This document shows positions 57,597-64,000 of a DNA stretch of 64,000 bases, piece by piece. The notes below the pieces were generated by a model that saw nothing but the letters and a program-made list of their open reading frames with translations, was not told the DNA's origin and did not search any database. Where the stretch lies: NCBI GenBank assembly GCA_045566075.1, contig JBJLEE010000005.1, forward strand, positions 1 through 64,000. Reading direction: 5' to 3'. Source of the stretch: Pirellulaceae bacterium (GTDB lineage: Bacteria > Planctomycetota > Planctomycetia > Pirellulales > Pirellulaceae). Numbering within the stretch: position 1 is the stretch's first letter; each line of letters opens with the position of its first letter. The position numbers and the translations under genes were made by a program.

Positions 57597-58425
57597 TTAC
57601 TGATTCTTGTATTTGTCAATGAGCGGTTGGCAGGCTTGTGAGATGATAAGGCTTCTAACCTTATTCAGGCTTTCTGCCTGCGCGTCAGTAATGGAGGATA
57701 TACTTTTTAAGTAAAGCATATCTACCTTACTCAGACTCTCCGCCTGTGTGTCAGTGATGGTGGTTAAGCCGTCTAAAAAAAGCACGTCGACCTTACTCAG
57801 GCTTTTTGCCTGTGTGTCAGTGATAGAGGTTAAGCCACTTAAGGAAAGCTCGTCGGAATTATTCAGGCTTTCCGCCTGTTTATCAGTGATGGAAGTTAAG
57901 CCGTCTAACCCAAGAAATTGCACCGTAGTCAGGCTTTCTGCTTGTGCGTCAGTGATGGAGGTTAAGCCGTCCAAATAAAGTCCTTTAGCCTTGCCAAGGC
58001 TTTCTGCCTGCTCAGTCAGTGATGGAGGTTAAACCATTTAACCAAAGAGTCTTTACCTTACTTAGCCTTTGGGCCTGCGAGTCGCTAATGGAGGTTAAGC
58101 CCTCCAAACTAAGAATCTCAACTTTACTCAGGCTTTCTGCCTGTGCATCGGTGATGGAGGTTAAACCACTTAACCAAAGTTCCCTAACGTTACTCAGGAT
58201 TTCTACTTGTTCGTCTGTGATAGTGGTTAAGCCTTCTAAGTCAAGGAATTCAACTTCACCTAGTCTTTCTGCCTGCGAGTTAGTGATTGTTCCGCTGATG
58301 TTAATCTGTTGAATAAGCTGTAGCTCTTCACTATTACCCGTACCACAACCAGTAATACCATTCAGGCATACCATCACGATTGCAGCAATTACTATCTTTG
58401 GACGTTCGTAATTCATTTGTTTCAC
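57597..58425 (-). pseudogene. Lipoprotein composed of about 10 tandem 22-residue leucine-rich repeats (internalin-type LRR: LxLxGLTSITDxQAExLSKVxx). It is split into two ORFs (58012-58425 and 57597-57974) by a +1 frameshift that leaves an in-frame TGA
   Basis: Lipobox MKQMNYERPKIVIAAIVMVCLNGITGC. Repeats include GLTSITDAQAESLSKVEILSLE, GLTSISDSQAQRLSKVKTLWLN, GLTSITDKQAESLNNSDELSLS and GLTSITDTQAKSLSKVDVLFLD. The upstream ORF ends ...LNGLTSITD-TGA (58012-58014). The downstream frame reads on as TEQAESLGKAKGLYLDGLTSITDAQAESL. The underlying 66-bp DNA repeats are recognisable (tcagtgatggaggttaagcc...). Confidence 0.55.
57620..58300. repeat. Coding tandem repeat array, 66-bp period, about 10 copies, imperfect
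   Basis: Recurrent ...gtcagtgatgg(a/t)ggttaagcc(g/a)tc... every 66 bp across both ORFs of the LRR lipoprotein locus. Confidence 0.65.
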
Positions 58426-58629
58426 CTTCCCCGCTATGTGATCAGAACCACCGCGGACATCGCTAATTTTCTTCCCAGCAGAACTGTTATATTACAATTC
58501 TCGACTGACTCCTGAATGGACTTTCGTATTTTAAACGACAGGTCATTTTCTCCCTCAAGATTCTTACTGAGCCTAAATACTCCGGTAGGCCGGTTCACGG
58601 CAAGATTTACATTGTGAAATGAGTAACAG

Positions 58630-61323
58630 ATGACTAGCAATAGAAGTAAACGAAGAGGATTGTTAGGAACTTTTATCTATACACTCTTGTTTGTCTTCTT
58701 GGAGACAACTGCATTACAAGCTGATCACAACAAGATGCTTCAGCAAGAGTTCAGAGCCGGGATCAGCCGACGAGTAGCATGCGATAGCCAAGGCTATTAT
58801 TACCTGCTGTTACCAACTGGTAGATCAACAGACAATAAGGGATTCACGCTCAAAGTCTCTCAAAAACCTCATCCACGAGAAATCTCACAATTCTCATCAG
58901 CACTCCCCCTCCCGACTCTGCAAAAACCAGGTGCAGAAAACACATTCTCCGCTGGCCTTAGCATCGATTCTGAAGACTTTCTGCACCTCATATGGACAAC
59001 AGACGATGGTCAAACTGCTTATAGCGTAATAGAGTCAAATCAGTTGCGGATTGATAAGGACAATGCAAAATGGCTGCATCCTGTCAACAAACAACACGGC
59101 GCCCTGATCATTTCTCCAAGTCAGTCTTGGGCCGGTGATATCTGTCGATCACCGAGTGGTGACATCTGGCTGACTTGGACAACGACCGTGGACAACTCCC
59201 AAGAGATGGCTGTTTATCTTGGATCGCTTATCAATGGAAAGTGGCAGTCATTTGCGCTTGATCGTCAAAAAAAGCTATATCCACCGTCAATGGCGATTTC
59301 TCACGACGGCGTCTTCTTTAATCTCGCGTGTGGTGACACCAATGGAGCCACGCACATCTTACACGGAAGATTCTCTGAATTGAGTACCACTCGAGAATGG
59401 GATCTGCAACAGAGTCATTCCGGCAACCGACCGGCTCTCGTGGAACTCAACGGTGAGTATCTTGCAGTACATGAATCCGGTGACTCCCTGAAATACACTT
59501 TGCTAGATCCAGAAGCAATGAGACAGCAATCGCACCCGCTAACGGACCTCGATAGTCGAATGGTCTGGGATACTATGCATTCGCCGCAAATCGTCATAGA
59601 TCAGTACGGCGTTCCGTGGATGTTCTTCATCAACTCAACACGGCAACACATATTTTACTCTCGGTGGCTAGGGACACGATGGAGTCCAATCTTGAATGGC
59701 CTTTGGCTGACACAAAACACTGCTCGATTTGAGTCTAACCAACTCGATATCGACTGGCTCGGTGTAGAAAGCGGGCTGGGATCGGATAATTCCAAAATTG
59801 GAATCACAATTGGAAACCGACATCACTCGCTCAAGACGCGATTTGACCTTCTTTCTGTCCCCGCTTTGAAGTCCAACGTTGGCAACAAGATTCTCTTTCT
59901 GGACCTAAAAGAAATACAACACATCGACGGAATCACACTGAAGGTCAACACAGTACGCAAAGTCGCTGATCCGGTAATCACAGGTGGAAATCCTGGCGAC
60001 TTTGATTCGCAGGGCGCGTCCAAGGTTGCAGTTCATAAACAGGACGGAGTATATCGGGCATGGTATACCGGAATGCACCGCGAGCCAGGTTCAGAGTGGC
60101 CGAAGAGTGGCCCGATTCCGTATGTACGTGTCGGCTATGCGGAAAGCCCCGATGGGATCCACTTTAAGAAGAAACCGCTTGGTCTTTCTCCTTTCGGGAG
60201 CAATAACAATACAAACATAGTTGCTGGACTACCCGCTACACCTATTTTCCGACCGATTGTCCCAAGCGGAATGCACATTGACGCTACAGATCCAGATCCG
60301 AATCGTCGATACAAATTGCTTACATGGACCGGCGGACGTCCTGCAAGAACATCCGAAAACTCCGCTCTGGATGACGAGCAAACATGGACACTTTGGACAT
60401 CCGCGGATGGGCTTAGCTGGAAGGAGGCAAGTAAGGGTGGCATTCGTTTTCCAGGTGGAATGCCGGCCTCTTTTTCGCCTCAATCAATGTTTCAGGATCT
60501 AAATGAATTGGATCCGGCTAAAAAGTACAAAGCCTACGGATTTATTGGGCTCAACAATGACCGGCGAGGTGCGGGATATGGCTATAGCCATGACTCTATC
60601 GAATGGACTGCTGATCCTCGAAACCCCATTTTCGGGGCCGCTGCCCGAGCTACTCCAGTTGTAAGAGGTGGCAAGGTTCAACAGATTCACGACGCGTCGG
60701 TGTTTAAATATCACCAGTACTATTTGGCTCTTTATCAGTACCAGAGAGGAGGTGATGACATGGCGGTCGAACTCGCGATGAGTCGCGATGGCGAGAACTT
60801 CATATACGTGCAGCCAGGGTCTGAAGTCATACGGCGAGGCGATGCAGGTGAGTGGGACTGCGATATGATTGGGCCATCCGTGCCGCTTATCGATGAGGAT
60901 GAGATCAAGGTTTACTACTCTGGGTATCGTTTCAGTAAAACTGACTTGATCGAGGGTGAGCATGCCTGTGGTTTGGCCACTCTTCGACTAGATGGATTCA
61001 CACATGTGAGGCTTGAAGATGGTCGAAGCGAGGGGATCGTGACAACCATACCCATTGACCGCGCCGCCGCCGACTTGCTTGTCAATGCTTTCTGCACCGA
61101 AGAAAGCCGCATTGAGGTCGAATTAGTCGACCCTAAGACTGGCAAACCAGTTCCTCACTTCACTCGCATGGACTGCACTATGATCAAGAGTGACTCTCTT
61201 GCGCACCGGGTTGCTTGGGGCGAACGAAACTTGGCAGATATTCCAGGCGACTCGTTCCAAATTCGCTTCTATCTCACCGGAGGGGAATCCTCCCCAGAGT
61301 TGTACTCGTTTGAATTTAAATAG
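58630..61323 (+). CDS. Secreted protein of unknown function. The C-terminal half resembles a 5-bladed beta-propeller glycoside-hydrolase fold (GH43/GH32/GH130-like, tentative)
   Basis: Signal peptide LLGTFIYTLLFVFLETTALQA. C-terminal blocks VHKQDGVYRAWYTGMHRE, VRVGYAESPDGIHFKKKP, HDSIEWTADPRNPIF, HDASVFKYHQYYLALYQ and KVYYSGY are typical of propeller glycoside hydrolases. The protein is 897 aa. Confidence 0.55.
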   Translation: MTSNRSKRRGLLGTFIYTLLFVFLETTALQADHNKMLQQEFRAGISRRVACDSQGYYYLLLPTGRSTDNKGFTLKVSQKPHPREISQFSSALPLPTLQKPGAENTFSAGLSIDSEDFLHLIWTTDDGQTAYSVIESNQLRIDKDNAKWLHPVNKQHGALIISPSQSWAGDICRSPSGDIWLTWTTTVDNSQEMAVYLGSLINGKWQSFALDRQKKLYPPSMAISHDGVFFNLACGDTNGATHILHGRFSELSTTREWDLQQSHSGNRPALVELNGEYLAVHESGDSLKYTLLDPEAMRQQSHPLTDLDSRMVWDTMHSPQIVIDQYGVPWMFFINSTRQHIFYSRWLGTRWSPILNGLWLTQNTARFESNQLDIDWLGVESGLGSDNSKIGITIGNRHHSLKTRFDLLSVPALKSNVGNKILFLDLKEIQHIDGITLKVNTVRKVADPVITGGNPGDFDSQGASKVAVHKQDGVYRAWYTGMHREPGSEWPKSGPIPYVRVGYAESPDGIHFKKKPLGLSPFGSNNNTNIVAGLPATPIFRPIVPSGMHIDATDPDPNRRYKLLTWTGGRPARTSENSALDDEQTWTLWTSADGLSWKEASKGGIRFPGGMPASFSPQSMFQDLNELDPAKKYKAYGFIGLNNDRRGAGYGYSHDSIEWTADPRNPIFGAAARATPVVRGGKVQQIHDASVFKYHQYYLALYQYQRGGDDMAVELAMSRDGENFIYVQPGSEVIRRGDAGEWDCDMIGPSVPLIDEDEIKVYYSGYRFSKTDLIEGEHACGLATLRLDGFTHVRLEDGRSEGIVTTIPIDRAAADLLVNAFCTEESRIEVELVDPKTGKPVPHFTRMDCTMIKSDSLAHRVAWGERNLADIPGDSFQIRFYLTGGESSPELYSFEFK

Positions 61324-61783
61324 TGCGCGACACGAAGGATGGTGAGTGGGTGATCTAGGGGATTACTCAAATTTCATTCATATATATAGAAGCAGAGAAT
61401 TAGCGTGCCACTAGGCTGGTCACCAAGTCACCCGTCTCCAAGCAACTCCCCAATCTCTACTTTTACGCTCTCGGCTAAGCTATCCCACCGATCAATCAAC
61501 ACCGCCACAACCTGACTGAGCGATATTTTTGCCCCCGTATGTGCCCCAACCGATTGGCAAGAATTGGGTTTAGACTATTCAATCAAGGGCTCGTGTTGAA
61601 TTCATGATCTGCTTGGCGTGGCAACAGGCACAGTGAAGAGTCTAGGCGTCAGATAACGTGACCGCTTCGTCGGCGTGAGCACAAAGCGGCTGCGCCAGCA
61701 CAGCCAGAACCAGATTGAATATTCCGCGCGTATTTCTCATAGCCTGAAACTCCGTGTTTCTGTTTTTACTCACAGTTACTTTC

Positions 61784-64000
61784 TCATTTCTCGTATACCT
61801 CCAACTCAGCCACACACATTTGCCCGCCTTTCTGGCCGCGCCCGTTAGGTTTGTAGCTGAGAGCGCGCACATACCGGACTTGCGTTGGGGTAAAGGTATG
61901 CTCGTATCTCCCGTTCGGCGTTCCCACCCCACGGTGAACCTCGGTCCAAGCCTTGCCGTCGGCGGAGATCGCGATCGCGTAGTCAGTGGGATAGCCTTTA
62001 GCGAAGAGGATTCGCACTCGGGAAGCGGTTTGTGCTTCGCCCAAGTCGATCTCGAGAGTCCAAGCGAATTGGCCGGCAGCCACGGCGAACGAGTTTGGGT
62101 CGCCGTCCACGGCTAGGGAGGCGAAGTAGACTTCGCTTGAAGGAACAAGACCGTGCTTGCCGTCCAGGGAGAGCAGCTTTCCCGGCTTCTGCCAGGCCAG
62201 ATTGCCGGGGATCTGCTTCCCTCCGGATCTCGCCGTCTTTTTGAACGGAGCAAGTCTCGGAACCGCGCTCTCCGGCAGCGGTTGCTTCAGCTCGATGCGA
62301 ATGATGGTGTCGGCGGCGTCTTTCTTCACTCCCGTCAAGTCGATGGACAGGCCGTCATCCCGACCGGTAAACTTGAGCGGCCGGTTCTCGTTCATCCAGA
62401 CCACTCCTCGGACACGGGAGGCAGCGAGGGGGTTCACATTAAACTCGCCCTTGGTGGGCAGGCCGGTCTTGCCGCGAGGGTTCTCCAGCATGTGCAGGTA
62501 CAGGTTCCTGCGGTCGGTAGAGATGACGTTGTATCCCCACTCGGCAGTATGCAACGGTCCGGGATCCACGTTGGTGAACGCTGGCTGCAGAGAAGGCAGC
62601 CCCTCAGGAGTTGCCCATTCGGCGATCTGCCGATGGATATGGACGGTGGAATTGTCGTGCAAAGAAACTGGTGGAAACGGTCTTCCGGCTAGCTTTGCCC
62701 AGGCCTCCGAGCTGCTGACGGTGTGATCCAAGTCCGCGACGTATCCTTCGCCAACCAGACTGATGATCTCCTTCACATAGTCCGGCCACTGCCGGTCGTT
62801 TGTCGGGGTCGGCGTCACCGTGAGCCAGCTATCGACATTCCACGTCTTTGGCCAGTCGGCCAGCATGGGATAAAGCCAGCTTAGGTACTCTCCGGGCCAT
62901 ACCTGCCACACGGCGGAACGGGATTCCACGCAGAGCATGTCCCAGTCCCCGTTCTGGGGCATGTTCGTGCCGTTCAGAATCAGTGTACACTCCGGATTGT
63001 ACGTGCGGATCATGCTGTACCAAGCATCGGTCTCCGGATAATGCTGCGTAGGGCCGCGCCAGTCGAAGAAGAAGCTGGCCGGTTCGTAACGCCGCATCGC
63101 GTCTTCTAGGATCAGGATCACCTGATCGTATTGGAAGAGCGTAGTCGGAATGTGCTCGAACTGCCCAACGTACATCCCGAATTTGATTCCTTCGGCGTCA
63201 AAGGCCTTTTTTAGTCCAGGGATAACGTACGCCGCGGGAGTCTTTGGGTAGAAACGCACGGGCCAGCGGAACAGCGTATCGCCGTTGCCGTACGAGATTG
63301 GCATGACGTAGCCATAGCCCTGCCGTTTCATCACCTTCGCCAGTTCCGAGTACGATTCACGCGGAATATTCTCCGGCCCGTGAATCAAGGCTGTCATTCG
63401 AGACTGTTCAACCGTGCGCGTGGGGTTCTCTTTGACATTCAGCACAAGCCGCTTTTCGGCGGACACGCCACCGGCATCAGTCACCTGAACCACCAGCGGA
63501 TACTCGCCCAGACGAACCGACGGATCGACACGCCCCAGGATGCGGCCATCGGGTGTGATGCTCAAACCCGCAGGGAGTTTCCCCTCCGAAAGGTTCCACC
63601 GAAACGGCGCCTTTGTTCCTTCCGCGTTCAACTGAAATGCAGACGCCTGGGCCCATGCGTAACTGAATCGGGACAATTCAGGTACTCTTTTTTCCAGGGC
63701 CTCGACGCCGGGAACTTTAAACTCCACGTACGACCAACTTCGCCACGCGGTGGGGAGAGCCTGTGTCGTCACAGCCGGCTTTTCGGTCGGTCCGTTGACG
63801 GAATACACCAGGTCAGGGATCGCATTTCCTGCGCCATCAGAAAGACGCGCATAGAATCCCAGCAGACCTTCGGCGCGGTTTCCCACCTTCAGTAGCAGCG
63901 AATTCCACCCGGTCCGCAGAGAGACCTTGCGCATCATCGCATCCTTCAACCGGTACTGGACTCCCGGCCGGACAAGGGCTTTTTGGCGAGAACCATTCGG
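61784..64000 (-). CDS. Putative glycoside-hydrolase-like protein with a C-terminal F5/8 type C (discoidin) domain. The 5' end lies beyond the window
   Basis: The frame stays open upstream of the listed start to nt 64000. C-terminal FAWTLEIDLGEAQTASRVRILFAKGYPTDYAIAISADGKAWTEV is discoidin-like. The N-terminal part GWNSLLLKVGNRAEGLLGFYARLSD resembles a glycosidase beta-sandwich. Confidence 0.55.
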   Translation of the reverse strand, partial: PNGSRQKALVRPGVQYRLKDAMMRKVSLRTGWNSLLLKVGNRAEGLLGFYARLSDGAGNAIPDLVYSVNGPTEKPAVTTQALPTAWRSWSYVEFKVPGVEALEKRVPELSRFSYAWAQASAFQLNAEGTKAPFRWNLSEGKLPAGLSITPDGRILGRVDPSVRLGEYPLVVQVTDAGGVSAEKRLVLNVKENPTRTVEQSRMTALIHGPENIPRESYSELAKVMKRQGYGYVMPISYGNGDTLFRWPVRFYPKTPAAYVIPGLKKAFDAEGIKFGMYVGQFEHIPTTLFQYDQVILILEDAMRRYEPASFFFDWRGPTQHYPETDAWYSMIRTYNPECTLILNGTNMPQNGDWDMLCVESRSAVWQVWPGEYLSWLYPMLADWPKTWNVDSWLTVTPTPTNDRQWPDYVKEIISLVGEGYVADLDHTVSSSEAWAKLAGRPFPPVSLHDNSTVHIHRQIAEWATPEGLPSLQPAFTNVDPGPLHTAEWGYNVISTDRRNLYLHMLENPRGKTGLPTKGEFNVNPLAASRVRGVVWMNENRPLKFTGRDDGLSIDLTGVKKDAADTIIRIELKQPLPESAVPRLAPFKKTARSGGKQIPGNLAWQKPGKLLSLDGKHGLVPSSEVYFASLAVDGDPNSFAVAAGQFAWTLEIDLGEAQTASRVRILFAKGYPTDYAIAISADGKAWTEVHRGVGTPNGRYEHTFTPTQVRYVRALSYKPNGRGQKGGQMCVAELEVYEK

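Noticed and set aside
57600-58320. Possible CRISPR array suggested by regular short repeats
   Set aside because: The period is 66 bp with no alternating unique spacers. The repeats are in-frame codons of a 22-residue LRR protein. No cas genes nearby.

Overview
This is a 64-kb chromosomal segment that is densely coding on both strands, with mid-range GC (about 50%) and no CRISPR array, integrase or transposase. The gene content most closely resembles Planctomycetota. Supporting features are a giant (more than 2700 aa) surface protein ending in tandem dockerin repeats, an ECF sigma factor paired with a Ser/Thr kinase, a HEAT-sulfatase, a DUF1552 protein next to a DUF1592-group cytochrome-c-motif protein, and many signal-peptide proteins. 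Housekeeping genes include fabI, cdsA, plsC, a NUDIX hydrolase, a HIT protein, tRNA-Ser(CGA) and tRNA-Lys(CTT), a sigma-54 activator with GAF domains, and a four-gene lipid-linked glycosylation operon (MTase, GT2, MTase, GT39). The most interesting region is a same-strand cluster at about 11.5-20.6 kb. It encodes a single-HKD PLD-family nuclease, an NfeD-like membrane protein, a 724-aa flotillin (SPFH) protein and a 1761-aa protein with one McrB/MoxR-like (AAA_5-type) ATPase module. I recognise the NfeD-flotillin pair as canonical, but not the flanking nuclease and giant ATPase. I propose it as a candidate membrane-associated system (defence or stress), to be tested. Other observations: a 22-residue LRR tandem-repeat lipoprotein split by a frameshift; two further genes each broken by two single-base frameshifts (four of the five frameshifts in the window lie at short homopolymers); a metalloenzyme gene that appears to start at ATC with a good Shine-Dalgarno sequence; and direct repeats and palindromes in the intergenic region upstream of the ECF sigma factor gene. 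All calls rest on sequence reading only; no database searches were run.
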